Origin: Thermomicrobiales bacterium
GTDB taxonomy: Bacteria; Chloroflexota; Chloroflexia; Thermomicrobiales; UBA6265
Reading direction: 5' to 3'
Length of the DNA stretch: 64,000 nt
Assembly (NCBI GenBank): GCA_049840815.1
Contig: JASGJI010000017.1
Span: 344,133 to 408,132 of the forward strand
Of this stretch, positions 1 through 11,967 are shown one piece after another. Below the pieces are notes generated by a model. That model did no database searches. It saw only the letters and a program-made list of their open reading frames with translations, and was not told the DNA's origin. How positions within the stretch are numbered: the stretch's first letter is position 1; each line of letters opens with the position of its first letter. The translations under genes were made by a program, and so were the position numbers.

Positions 1-2
1 AT

Positions 3-302
3 GGCTATCCAGGAACCGCGCCTGTCGATGCCTACGCGCCGAATCCGTATGGCCTGTACAACGTCACCGGGAACGTCTGGGAGTGGTGCGCGGACTGGTT
101 CTCGCCAACGTACTACGCCGAATCCCCGCGTGAGTGCCCGCAGGGACCGGCCACCGGGACGGCACGGGTGATGCGCGGTGGCTCCTATCTCTGCCATCGG
201 TCGTATTGCAACCGGTATCGCGTCGATTCGCGCAGCGCGAACACGCCGGACAGTACCGCTGGGAACATCGGGTTCCGGGTGGTGGGTGCGGTTCGGGAGT
301 AG
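3..302 (+). CDS. formylglycine-generating enzyme family (FGE-sulfatase/SUMF1-like) protein, C-terminal fragment; 5' end lies outside the window
   Basis: Frame 3 reads ...YGLYNVTGNVWEWCADWFSPTYY...RVMRGGSYLCHRSYCNRYRVDSRSANTPDSTAGNIGFRVV, the conserved C-terminal block of FGE-sulfatase domains. TAG at 300-302. Absent from the ORF track because no start codon lies in the window. Confidence 0.75.
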   Translation, partial: GYPGTAPVDAYAPNPYGLYNVTGNVWEWCADWFSPTYYAESPRECPQGPATGTARVMRGGSYLCHRSYCNRYRVDSRSANTPDSTAGNIGFRVVGAVRE

Positions 303-305
303 ATC

Positions 306-1672
<1,367 letters not shown>

Positions 1673-1862
1673 GTGGACCGCCTCGATAGCACGGTCGGAC
1701 CACTCCGTGGGGGATCCCCTCGCTGCTCCAAGATGAATCCCTGTTGAGGGCGGCTATCGCTTCGAACGTGGCCCTAACCCGACACGAGGCTAGGGTTTCG
1801 GCGAACCAGCGGTCCGGGGCTGCTTCCCTGTTGGCCAGAGCCACGTTCGGCGAGAGCGTCCG

Positions 1863-2708
1863 CTAATGGTTCTGCGACGGAAGCTCGTCGGGCGGGAAGT
1901 AGCGCTGCTTCTTCGGGCGTGACTCGCGGCCGCCGGAGAGATCTTCGCTGAAGGGATAATTCCCCGCCATCAGGCCGCCATCGACATTCAGCGTCTCCCC
2001 GGAAATCCAGCTCGCCTGATCGGAGCAGAGGAACCACGCGGCATTCGCGATGTCCTCCGGCGCTCCGGCGCGACCCAGTGGATACCACTGCACCAGATTG
2101 TCGAAGGCGTGAGGATCGGTCTTCAGCTGTTCGTCCCAGATGGGGGTCTTGACGGAGCCGGGGCAGATACAGTTGGCGCGAATGCCGTCCCGCCCGTAGC
2201 GCACGGCCACGTTCTGCGTCAGGTTGATCAGGGCGGCCTTCGCGGCGCTGTAGGCGTGTTCGCCGATGCCATAGAGTCCGTTGACCGAGGAGATCGTGAG
2301 AACCACCCCCTCGCCGCGGGCGATCATGCCGGGCAGGATGGCCTGGAGGCAGTGATAGGCACCCTTGACGATGATGTCGAAGTTTCGATCCCACCGCGCT
2401 TCCTCCGTGGTCAGGATCTCCAGCCCATCGGAGAGCCCCGCGTTGGAAACTAGGATGTCCACCTGCCCAAACCGCGCGATGGCGGCGTCCACGGCAGCGC
2501 GTACATCGTCGCCCTTGCGGACATCGGCTTGTACGGCCATCGCCTCGTAGCCCTTCACCTCCAGTTGGGCGACGGTCTCCTCCGCCCCTGCGAGGTTCCA
2601 GTCGGCGATCGCAACGCGCACGCCTTCCGCCGCGAAGCGATGCGCGATCGCCCGCCCGATGCCGGAACCACCCCCGGTAATGAACGCAACCCGTCCCCGT
2701 TCGCTCAT
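1863..2708 (-). CDS. SDR family oxidoreductase
   Basis: 281 aa. TGxxxGIG cofactor motif (FITGGGSGIGRA) and catalytic YxxxK (YSAAKAA). Confidence 0.85.
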   Translation of the reverse strand: MSERGRVAFITGGGSGIGRAIAHRFAAEGVRVAIADWNLAGAEETVAQLEVKGYEAMAVQADVRKGDDVRAAVDAAIARFGQVDILVSNAGLSDGLEILTTEEARWDRNFDIIVKGAYHCLQAILPGMIARGEGVVLTISSVNGLYGIGEHAYSAAKAALINLTQNVAVRYGRDGIRANCICPGSVKTPIWDEQLKTDPHAFDNLVQWYPLGRAGAPEDIANAAWFLCSDQASWISGETLNVDGGLMAGNYPFSEDLSGGRESRPKKQRYFPPDELPSQNH

Positions 2709-2894
2709 CGATTCCTGCCTGTCTGTGGTGATGGTGATTGAGCCGTCGGTGCGTCGCCTGGAGTTGTCCTCCGGCGTCCTTGCCGAATATGGCCCGCACT
2801 ATCGCATCCGGGCTGGCCGTGGTCCAGAGGGCACCACAGACCCGGCCCATTACTGAGCCGGGTGTGCCGATGGCTGAGAATGACGGAGCGGACG

Positions 2895-3347
2895 CTACTC
2901 GCTTTCGAGGGGATCGCGTTCCCAGCCGCGATGCAACGCCTCGTCCTTGGAGACGGAGAGCGTCACATCGTCGCCGCGGTGGCCGATGATCGCCGAGGTC
3001 GGGATGTAGAGGTCGCTCGGATTGAAGAACCCGACCTCCACCACGATGTGTCCCGGCTGCTGATCGACGATCTCGCCGATCTTGTGGCCACAGGCCCCGA
3101 TCACGTCGTTGCCGGGTTCGGGGGACCACGGGCAGGCGAGAGCGGAGGAATCCAGTGTCTCGCGGTCGGCGGAGATGGTCTCGCTCAGCGGCGCATCGTC
3201 GATGCGCTTCTCCGGATGCTGGGGCATGGCGGAATCGGACGGGTCGGCTGGGGGTGGGATGTTTGGCATGACGGTGATTTCCCGGTGTGGGCCGGGATAC
3301 TCCTGTCCGTGGTCGTGGAACGACGCATCGCGCTCGGCGCGCGGCAC
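2895..3347 (-). CDS. hypothetical protein, PRC-barrel/DUF2171-like
   Basis: The C-terminal 80 aa (GHKIGEIVDQQPGHIVVEVGFFNPSDLYIPTSAIIGHRGDDVTLSVSKDEA) resemble PRC-barrel-type small proteins. The start may instead be the ATG at 3269. Confidence 0.4.
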   Translation of the reverse strand: MPRAERDASFHDHGQEYPGPHREITVMPNIPPPADPSDSAMPQHPEKRIDDAPLSETISADRETLDSSALACPWSPEPGNDVIGACGHKIGEIVDQQPGHIVVEVGFFNPSDLYIPTSAIIGHRGDDVTLSVSKDEALHRGWERDPLESE

Positions 3348-3508
3348 TGCACGACTCCGTGCAGTGGCCGTGGACGTTCGGCTGGTGCAGCCGCGAATTC
3401 TGCCACACGTACCCCGTTCGCGTCACGCAAACCGTGCGTACGAACTGGCCATGTCGGGGCAGCTTTTCGTCCTGCCACCCCTCCCGTGCCGCCATGACGA
3501 CGCAGAGA

Positions 3509-4741
3509 TCAGGCCCCGCGCAGCCGCGTGTATGGGAGGAATGGTGCCTCCCCGAGCAGTGGCAGCGCCCATTCCCGGAAGGGACGGTTCCCCTCCACGT
3601 TCGCGGTCTCCTGCCACGCCTCCGGGAGTCTGCGCACCTGGTTCGCGATGCCCTGAACCGGGACGGTCGTCACCGTGGCAGCGTAAGGGGCCGAACTGGT
3701 TCGCTGGAGCGCGGTCATCCGGGCCGTCTCCCCACGCAGGAGGGCGGCGACCGCCTCCTGACCCAGGTCCCACGCCATCGCAAGATCGACTGGCGAGGCG
3801 AGCGCCATCGCCATGCGCAGGGCGCTGCCCGGCTTCTCGAAGCGGGCGCGGATGTCCAGATGGGAGCGGGTGAGCCGCGCGAGCGCCGCGCCGGTGCTGG
3901 CGTGGTAGACGTGGCCGAAATCGTCGGTCCAGTCCGCTGCGCCGCCATCGAAGGCGACGCCATCCTGTTGCGTCAGTGTCTCCGGCACGACGACGACGGA
4001 CCAGCCGCGCCGCGCGAGGTCATCCTGCACGTCGGCGATCACCACCTCGGCCGATTCCGGCTTCTTCTCTGGCAGCAGGATGCGCGGGGCGAGGTCCGCC
4101 GCGATCTCCTCATCGGAGAAGCCGAGGCCACCCGCCGCCGCGACCCACCCGGCATCGCGCCCTGCAACCTCGATGAATTTCACCGGGTAGAGCTCCGCGC
4201 TGGAGAGGGTGTCCCACGTCGCGTCGCGAACGTAGGTGGCGATCGCCTTCGCCATCGAGGGGTAGCCGGGGCAGAAGTCGGTCTCCAGCAGGTCGTTATC
4301 GACCGTCTTCGGGACGGCGATGACCTGCAATGCCTGCTTGCGGGCGGCGGCGTGGGCGGCCAGCCGATGCGCGGTGTCCGCCGAATCGTTGCCGCCGATG
4401 TAGACCATCGCCGTGATCCCGTGCGCGGCCAGGAGATCGAGCGCCGGGTCCAACTCGGCTTCCGTCAGCTTGCGGCGGCTGGTCCCCAATGCGGAGGACG
4501 GCGTGCGACGAAGGCCGTCGAGGGTTGCGGCGTCGAGGCCAGTGAGATCCATGAAGTCCGCGCCCATCAGGCCGTTCGCGCCGTGGAGCATGCCGAGGAT
4601 ACGGGGGAACGCCCCCGATGCCTGCGCGGCAGCGATGACTCCGGCGAGGCTGGCATTGATGGCGGCGGTCGCGCCACCGGACTGCCCGATCAGGAGGGTC
4701 GGGCCGGCGGAGATCGGCGTGAGGGTCATGGGGTGGATCAT
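3509..4741 (-). CDS. 6-phosphofructokinase family protein (possibly PPi-dependent)
   Basis: PFK motifs IGQSGGATAAINA, YIGGNDSADTA and PKTVDNDL. The ATG at 4741 overlaps the upstream stop codon (ATGA, 4738-4741). Confidence 0.8.
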   Translation of the reverse strand: MIHPMTLTPISAGPTLLIGQSGGATAAINASLAGVIAAAQASGAFPRILGMLHGANGLMGADFMDLTGLDAATLDGLRRTPSSALGTSRRKLTEAELDPALDLLAAHGITAMVYIGGNDSADTAHRLAAHAAARKQALQVIAVPKTVDNDLLETDFCPGYPSMAKAIATYVRDATWDTLSSAELYPVKFIEVAGRDAGWVAAAGGLGFSDEEIAADLAPRILLPEKKPESAEVVIADVQDDLARRGWSVVVVPETLTQQDGVAFDGGAADWTDDFGHVYHASTGAALARLTRSHLDIRARFEKPGSALRMAMALASPVDLAMAWDLGQEAVAALLRGETARMTALQRTSSAPYAATVTTVPVQGIANQVRRLPEAWQETANVEGNRPFREWALPLLGEAPFLPYTRLRGA

Positions 4742-5400
4742 CCTTCCTCGGAGAGGCGTTTCAGGGGGATGCCGGGGAGGTCGAGCAGGCGGGTGACGAG
4801 CGGATCGCGCTCGTCCATGCGAGCGGACCATTGGTCGGCCCGGAAGAAGGCGACGTCGAGGGCGTCCGGTTCGATGTCGAGCAGGCGAGCGATGCGGGTT
4901 TGCGCGGCAGCGAGCAGATCGAGCGAGATGTCGCCGACCAGCACGAGGGTGGCCTCACCGACGGATGGTCCGCGATAGCGCAGGGAGGCTTCCCGGAGTG
5001 CGTCGTCCGTGCCGCTGTCACCAGTCAGGTCGCTCAACGCGGCGCTGGCGAGCGCCGGAAATCCCCATGCTGCGTAGACCAGGTGAATCAGTGGCTCGGT
5101 TGGCGGGAATGCGCGGTCCAACGTGTAGCGGCGGGATCCATGCACGGGTCTGCCCGCCAGCACGCCGAGTCCCTCCAGCTTGTAGCACTCATGCTGAACG
5201 CTGCTGATGGCCATTCCCACGCCGCGCGCAATCTCGGTGAGCGACCATGCGGCATCCTGCCGGGCGACGAGCCAGGTGAGGACGGCGGCACGCACCTTCG
5301 ACGAGAGCACCCCGGCGAGCATCGCCGCCGGGTCCTTCGGTCCGGGAGGAGGGGTCGGATCGGGCTTCTTCGCGGCGGTGGGGCGGGCGTTTGTCGCCAA
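4738..5400 (-). CDS. winged helix-turn-helix (ArsR/MarR-like) transcriptional regulator
   Basis: N-terminal wHTH-like segment VRAAVLTWLVARQDAAWSLTEIARGVGMAISSVQHECYKLEGLGVL. Translationally coupled to the PFK gene. Confidence 0.55.
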   Translation of the reverse strand: MATNARPTAAKKPDPTPPPGPKDPAAMLAGVLSSKVRAAVLTWLVARQDAAWSLTEIARGVGMAISSVQHECYKLEGLGVLAGRPVHGSRRYTLDRAFPPTEPLIHLVYAAWGFPALASAALSDLTGDSGTDDALREASLRYRGPSVGEATLVLVGDISLDLLAAAQTRIARLLDIEPDALDVAFFRADQWSARMDERDPLVTRLLDLPGIPLKRLSEEG

Positions 5401-5479
5401 GGGTGAAAGGACCTCGCTGGATGGATGGGAGGATCGCCGGGATCGGCGGTTGGCACGAGCATCCTAGCATGGGAGGCGC

Positions 5480-5667
5480 GACGAGAGATGAGAGAGGAGT
5501 GAGAGACGGGAAGAAAGAGAAACGGGAGGCATCACGCCGATCCCTCGTTCGGAAACGCTTCCGATGCAGGCCGCGCACGGTGGCCCCCGAACGCGCGGCT
5601 ATTCCGTCATCCCTCTTTTCTCTCGTCTCGTTCCTGTCGTCTCACTTCTCCCCCCTCTCCCCTCGTC
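5480..5667. repeat. long imperfect inverted repeat with a purine-rich left arm and a pyrimidine-rich right arm; copy 1 of a two-member family
   Basis: The left arm gacgagagatgagagaggagtgagagacgggaagaaagagaaacgggagg (5480-5529) is roughly complementary to the right arm ccctcttttctctcgtctcgttcctgtcgtctcacttctcccccctctcccctcgtc (5611-5667). It shares the 14-mer gagaagtgagacga (reverse complement at 5637-5650) with the repeat at 46719-46858. Confidence 0.6.
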
Positions 5668-5727
5668 GGGGATGGAGTTTTGCCCTGTTTTCCCCTACCA
5701 TGAGGGTGCGGGACTGTATGGTTTGAC

Positions 5728-7263
5728 GTGTCGCCGCATCAGGCGGAGCGTGACCCCGGAGACGGGAGATGTCGCGTCCGGTCGTTCCCAGGTCTGGAGG
5801 ACCAGATTAGTACCACGGTGGGGTTGCTGGCCGTCTTCGCGCTTGTGCTCGCGAACGGCTTTTTTGTGGCAACCGAGTTCGCGCTTGTTTCCGTTCGACG
5901 CACTCGCATCCAGCAGCTCGCCGCCGAAGGCGATCCTCGCGCCCCGAGTGTGCTCGACCTCCTCTCCCATCTCGATACCTACATCGCCGCGACCCAACTC
6001 GGGATCACCATCTCCAGCCTCGCGCTCGGATGGATCGGTGAGCCAGCCGTCGCGACGCTGCTGCACGGCCTCTTCGAGCAATTGCCGGTTGAAGTCGGCT
6101 CGGCGACATCGCACGCCATCTCCTTCTTCATCGCGTTCTCCTTCGTCACCTCCCTCCATATCGTGATCGGTGAGCTGGCCCCCAAGAGCCTCGCCCTGCA
6201 ACGCAGCGAAGCGACGGCGCTGTGGGTCGCGCGGCCGATTCACTGGTTCCTCGTCATCTTCCGGCCGGTCATCTTCTTCCTGAACTGGATCGGCAACCAG
6301 GTCGTGAAGCTGGTGGGCATCAACCCGGCCTCTGGTCACGAGCTGGTGCAATCCGCCGAGGAATTGATGCTGGCGGTCGATGCCTCCCGCGAGGCCGGAC
6401 TCGTGAACGAGACCGCCCACAATCTCGTCGGGCGGGCGTTCTCCTTCACCGACATGCAGGCCCGGCACGTCATGGTCCCGCGCACGGAAGTGACCGCGCT
6501 GCCGGTCGATGCCACGCTGGACGACGTGATCGCCCTGTCCAACGAGACGTCGCACACACGCCTGCCAGTCTTCGAGGGCGACAGCGACCACATCATCGGC
6601 ATCATCAAGATCAAGCGCCTGATGCCGCTCTTCCTCGATCGCGTCCATGCGACGGCAACGGCGGAAGCCGTCCACGAGATCGGCAACGGTCGCGCCCCGG
6701 AGGCCGGACTGGCGGCGGAGAAGATCGCCGAACGCTTCGATATCCGCGACTACATGACGGAACCGATGCTGGTGCCGGAGACGTTGCCAGCCTCCGAAGT
6801 GCTGACGCAGATGCGCGAGGGGCACGTCCAGATGGCTGTCGTGATCGACGAATACGGCGGCACGGCGGGTATCGTGACGTTGCAGGACATCGTGACGCAT
6901 CTGATCGGGCGCATTCAGGAAGAGGACGACGCCGGCGAGCGCGACCGCCTCGACCCGGATGGTGTCCTTCATCTCGACGGGCTCACCAGTCTGGTGGACT
7001 TGCGCGAACGGTATGGGGTCGATCTCCAGACACCGGAGTACGATGTCGAGACGCTTGGTGGCTATGTCTTCTTCTCGCTCGGGCGGCCGGCGGTGCTCGG
7101 TGACGAGGTGACCGGACCCGACGGGCATCACCTGATCGTGGAGGGGCTGGACGGCCTGCGCGTGGCGCGGGTCCGCATCGTGGGGCCGGATGCGGAGGCG
7201 CCGGTCCTGATTGGCGCGGGAGCAGGGCGGACCGATGCCGCCAATATTCGCGAGGTGGCCTGA
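5728..7263 (+). CDS. hemolysin/CNNM family protein (DUF21 + CBS pair + CorC_HlyC)
   Basis: N-terminal membrane domain LAVFALVLANGFFVATEFALVSVRRTRIQQL, a central CBS-like region and a C-terminal CorC/HlyC-like domain. The ORF opens with GTG at 5728; the true start is uncertain (in-frame GTG at 5818). Confidence 0.8.
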   Translation: MSPHQAERDPGDGRCRVRSFPGLEDQISTTVGLLAVFALVLANGFFVATEFALVSVRRTRIQQLAAEGDPRAPSVLDLLSHLDTYIAATQLGITISSLALGWIGEPAVATLLHGLFEQLPVEVGSATSHAISFFIAFSFVTSLHIVIGELAPKSLALQRSEATALWVARPIHWFLVIFRPVIFFLNWIGNQVVKLVGINPASGHELVQSAEELMLAVDASREAGLVNETAHNLVGRAFSFTDMQARHVMVPRTEVTALPVDATLDDVIALSNETSHTRLPVFEGDSDHIIGIIKIKRLMPLFLDRVHATATAEAVHEIGNGRAPEAGLAAEKIAERFDIRDYMTEPMLVPETLPASEVLTQMREGHVQMAVVIDEYGGTAGIVTLQDIVTHLIGRIQEEDDAGERDRLDPDGVLHLDGLTSLVDLRERYGVDLQTPEYDVETLGGYVFFSLGRPAVLGDEVTGPDGHHLIVEGLDGLRVARVRIVGPDAEAPVLIGAGAGRTDAANIREVA

Positions 7264-7308
7264 GCCACTGACGCTGCGGCCCACCCGTACGCATGAAGGA
7301 CGCGATTC

Positions 7309-7986
7309 GTGACCCGAGGACGCCTGACCACGACCACGACCACTGCCACGCCTGCCACCCCGAGGAAGCGAGCGCCCAAGCTGGGGCCGGCGGAATACGC
7401 CTTGCTCGGCCTGATTGCGGTCGCCACGCGTGACGACGCGGCGAGTGGCGGGGGCGGCGTGCATGGCTATGACCTGTCGCGGCGTTTGCAGACCGGATCG
7501 CTGGCGGAGATCATCCGGCTGGAGCCGGGCATGCTCTACCACTACCTGAAGAAGCTCGACCGCGCGGGTCTGGTCGTCACGAGCGTGGAACATCAGGTCT
7601 CGCGGCCCGACCGCCAGGATCACACGCTGACCGAAGAAGGCGACGCGATGCTCCAGGCGTGGCTGGATGCGCCGGTGCAGGCCACCCGCGATGTGCGACT
7701 CGATTTCCTGGTGAAGCTCTGGTTCGTGCGGGAGCTCGATCCGGTGCGCGCCGTGGCGTTGGTGCGCGAGCAGCGGGCGGTGATCAAGCGCTTGCTCGGG
7801 TCGTTGCAGGAGCAACGCGCGGAGACAACTGCGGACGGCGATGCCGATGCCGCTGGACCCGACGCGGCGCACGTCGCCGCGCAGGCCGCGATCCTCCGCG
7901 ACACGCTGGACCTGCGGATCGCACAGACGCAGGCGGTTCTGTCGTGGCTGAACACCCTGCCGGAGAATGGCCAGATCGTCTCCTGA
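7309..7986 (+). CDS. PadR family transcriptional regulator
   Basis: PadR wHTH: YALLGLIAV...HGYDLSRRLQ...IRLEPGMLYHYLKKLDRAGLV. GTG start lies 8 nt after GAAGGA. Confidence 0.8.
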   Translation: MTRGRLTTTTTTATPATPRKRAPKLGPAEYALLGLIAVATRDDAASGGGGVHGYDLSRRLQTGSLAEIIRLEPGMLYHYLKKLDRAGLVVTSVEHQVSRPDRQDHTLTEEGDAMLQAWLDAPVQATRDVRLDFLVKLWFVRELDPVRAVALVREQRAVIKRLLGSLQEQRAETTADGDADAAGPDAAHVAAQAAILRDTLDLRIAQTQAVLSWLNTLPENGQIVS

Positions 7987-8226
7987 CGCGGACCGCATGC
8001 AGATCTGGTGATGACGAGGGTGGGGAGCATCGTTTCGTGGACGACGCGCGAATCTCCATCACGGCGGAGACGCTCGCCCGATCTGCGTCGTGCGTGCGCG
8101 GAGGGACGTGACGCACTGGTGCGAGGTCTTGTCGCGCGGCCCCGGTTCCCGTACCGTATCCGGTGATTCCGGGGCGGCTCTGTCGCTCCCGCCGAACAGG
8201 TTCGATTCGCACGCAGAAGGCATCCC

Positions 8227-9336
8227 ATGTCCTCCACAACGCCAACGTCTCCGTCCGAGCAGATTCCGGCCACGCCGGATCAGTTGCGCGATCGCCCCGT
8301 CCGCTTCGCCGTCGTCGGCACCGGTGGCATGGGCGGCCATCATGCGCGGAACCTCGCATCCATGCCGGAGGTCGATCTCACCTGGCTCGTTGATATCGAC
8401 CTCCCGCGCGCCGAGGCGCTGGCGGCGGAGATCGGCGGCAAGCCAACCGCCTCGATGGAGGGAGCGTTCTCCGCTGCCGACGTCGATGCCGTCCTCATCG
8501 CGCTGCCGACCTTCCTGCACAAGGACGCGACCATCCTGGCGGCGCAGCATGGCAAGCACGTCTTCTGCGAGAAGCCGATCGCCCGCACCGTCGAGGATGG
8601 GGAGGCGATGGTCGCGGCCTGCGAGGCTGCGGGTGTCACCTTCATGGTCGGGCACGTCGTTCGCTTCTTCCCCGAATACGAGCGGATGAAGGAGATCCTC
8701 GATGCGGGCACGCTGGGCCGGATCGCGACGATCCGCGCCTCCCGCACGAACCCGCCGGTGATGGAACGCTCCCCGTGGTTCGCCGATGTCGAGAAGAACG
8801 GCGGCGTTGTCCTCGACCTGATGATCCACGAGATCGACACCCTGCGATGGCTCTTCGGTGATGTCGAGCGTGTCTTCGCGCATGGCCTCTCCTACCTGCC
8901 GATTCACGAGAAGCGCGACTATACGATGGCCTCCATCCGCTTCCGTGGTGGCGCCATCGCCCACGTCGAGGCCAGCTGGGCGCATGCCACCCATCGCACC
9001 TTCATCGAGGTGGCGGGGCAGTATGGCCTGGCGACGTACGGCAGCGAGCAGGCCGCGACCCTGGTCGTGGAGCCGACCGAGGGCATCGAGTGGAATGCTC
9101 CCGGCGGGATGCGGGTTCCGGCGCGTCACTATCTGCGGCCGGGCGTCGTGGCCCCTCACTTCAAGGAAGTGCAGCACTTCGTCTCCTGCCTGAAGACGGG
9201 TGAACCCGTGCGCGTGAACGGCGAGGAGGCTACCAAGGCGCTTGCCGTCGCCAATGCCGTCCTCGAATCGATGCGGACGGGTGCGCCCCAGTTCTTCAAC
9301 GAGGATGGCACCGTGCGCACGGCTATCGCGGCCTGA
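8227..9336 (+). CDS. Gfo/Idh/MocA family oxidoreductase
   Basis: Rossmann N-terminus FAVVGTGGMGGHHARN and the family motif HVFCEKPIARTVEDGEAM. Confidence 0.85.
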   Translation: MSSTTPTSPSEQIPATPDQLRDRPVRFAVVGTGGMGGHHARNLASMPEVDLTWLVDIDLPRAEALAAEIGGKPTASMEGAFSAADVDAVLIALPTFLHKDATILAAQHGKHVFCEKPIARTVEDGEAMVAACEAAGVTFMVGHVVRFFPEYERMKEILDAGTLGRIATIRASRTNPPVMERSPWFADVEKNGGVVLDLMIHEIDTLRWLFGDVERVFAHGLSYLPIHEKRDYTMASIRFRGGAIAHVEASWAHATHRTFIEVAGQYGLATYGSEQAATLVVEPTEGIEWNAPGGMRVPARHYLRPGVVAPHFKEVQHFVSCLKTGEPVRVNGEEATKALAVANAVLESMRTGAPQFFNEDGTVRTAIAA

Positions 9337-9403
9337 TCATCTGCTTGACGCATCTCGTCGTCGGGCGGCATGCCGGCGCTGGCGACATTCCGGGGAACAT
9401 TCC

Positions 9404-10429
9404 ATGACGACCACCACGTTTGACGAGCGACCGGTTCGAGTCGCGATCCTGAGCTTCGCGCACCTGCACGCGCATGGATACGCTCACGCCCTGAAGACCA
9501 ATCCGGATGCCGAGCTGGTGCTCATCGCCGATGACGACACCCAGCGGGGCGGGGCGATGGCCGAGCTGTACGGCGTCGCGTACGTACCGGACTACCGCGA
9601 TGCTGTCGTGCGCGATGACATCGATGCGGTGGTGATTTGCAGCGAGAACGCGCGACACCGGGAGATGACGGTCGCGGCGGCGGAGGCTGGCAAGCATGTC
9701 CTCTGCGAGAAGCCGATCGCCACGACGGTCGAGGATGCGCTGGCGATGATTGCTGCCTGCCGCGACAACAACGTGAAGCTCCAGATCGCCTTCCCGGTGC
9801 GCTTCCACTCCGCGGTGCATGGCCTGAAGGAAGCCATCGATCGCGGCACCATCGGTGAGCCGCTGATCATCGCTTCCCGCAATCCGGGCACCTGTCCGCA
9901 GAGCTGGTTCGTGCAGCCGGAGCTTTCCGGCGGTGGCGCGGTGATCGATCACACCGTCCACGTCGTCGATACCCTGCGCTGGATGCTCGGGGTGGAGGTC
10001 GAGGAGGTGTACGCCGAGATCGACACGCTCATCTACGATTTCGAGGCCGATGACACCGGCCTGCTGATGATGAAGTTGAGCAACGGGGTGCCTGTCAGCC
10101 TCGATACCAGTTGGTCGCGCCCTGCGAACAACCCGATCTGGGGTGGTGTCATGATCGACGTGATCGGTGAGAAGGGTGTGCTGTCGCTGGATGCCTTCCG
10201 GGCGAACATCGAACTGATCGAGATCCAGGGGCCGTCCAACACGCGCCTCGGTGTGGAGGCGTCGGGCGATCCGGAGATGATCGACGCCTTCATCCAGGCC
10301 GTGCGCACCGATGGCGAAACCGCGCCTAATGGCGAAGATGGCCTGCGCGCGATGGAAGTCGCGCTGGCCGCGTATGAGTCCGCCAGGACGCAGCAGCCGG
10401 TGCAGATCGCGCACGCTGCCGTCGCCTAG
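9404..10429 (+). CDS. Gfo/Idh/MocA family oxidoreductase
   Basis: VAILSFAHLHAHGYA... and HVLCEKPIATTVEDALAM. An internal ATG at 9404 was chosen because the 9242 extension overlaps the upstream gene. Confidence 0.85.
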   Translation: MTTTTFDERPVRVAILSFAHLHAHGYAHALKTNPDAELVLIADDDTQRGGAMAELYGVAYVPDYRDAVVRDDIDAVVICSENARHREMTVAAAEAGKHVLCEKPIATTVEDALAMIAACRDNNVKLQIAFPVRFHSAVHGLKEAIDRGTIGEPLIIASRNPGTCPQSWFVQPELSGGGAVIDHTVHVVDTLRWMLGVEVEEVYAEIDTLIYDFEADDTGLLMMKLSNGVPVSLDTSWSRPANNPIWGGVMIDVIGEKGVLSLDAFRANIELIEIQGPSNTRLGVEASGDPEMIDAFIQAVRTDGETAPNGEDGLRAMEVALAAYESARTQQPVQIAHAAVA

Positions 10430-10559
10430 GTGTTGAGTTGCAATAGGTTGTTGCGGATTCCGGCGTTCCGTTCCTTGGCCGGGTTCCCTCCGATGCGGGT
10501 GTGGGGTCGGGTGGTTTTGTCGCTCTCACCCCGGCCGAACACTGCCTCGCCCCATCCTC

Positions 10560-11455
<896 letters not shown>

Positions 11456-11967
11456 AACTTTTAGGGTCACCGCTGGAGTCTCGAACCCGGCCTTCATGTT
11501 CTCATCACCGTTGTTGTGCGAAGCGCCCCGGTCAGGTTCCGGGGTGCTTCGTGGCGTTCAGGCCATGAGGTCTTCGCCGGGTTGATTCCCCGCGAGTCTT
11601 GTGCGCCTATCCAAGCGGGCACCGATCGATTGGGCATCTCGCCACATACCAGTGAAGTCGGCGGCAACGGTGCCAGAGTTGCCCTCGGAAGAATGAGTCC
11701 TGATCGTGTACAGTGACGACGCTCGCACGGCATTGCGGAGGACATCGACGGCGATGTTCCGGGAGTGGATACCTCGAAAGGGGGAGGCCACCGTGCATGC
11801 GCGTACAGCGTCTGTGCATAATGTTCAAATCAGGAACATCACAGAGGGAGAGCGGGGGCCTGCTCTCGGTGCCGGGAACCGTTGGCTCGATTCGGAGATT
11901 GCGCGTCGGCTGGGTGTCGCACCACACGCCATGGTGACGCGGGATTTTAGGAAAGTACGAGAACGCG

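Noticed and set aside
1774-3495. 573-aa minus-strand ORF, plus similar long ORFs at 3287-4978(+), 16514-18931(-), 18965-20692(-), 35048-36838(-), 53976-55547(+) and 58852-60396(-)
   Set aside because: Each is out of frame with, or antisense to, a gene carrying recognisable catalytic motifs. All have low-complexity Arg/Gly/Pro-rich translations.
5695-7998. 767-aa minus-strand ORF
   Set aside because: It is antisense to the CNNM and PadR genes, which carry clear family motifs. The composition is shadow-ORF-like.
9242-9403. N-terminal extension of the second Gfo/Idh/MocA gene
   Set aside because: It overlaps the 3' end of the preceding gene by 95 nt and has Arg/Pro-rich non-homologous sequence. 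The ATG at 9404 gives the canonical Rossmann N-terminus.
11465-11510. tRNA-like T-arm string (gagtctcgaacccgg)
   Set aside because: No complementary T-stem, acceptor stem or anticodon arm could be formed on either strand.
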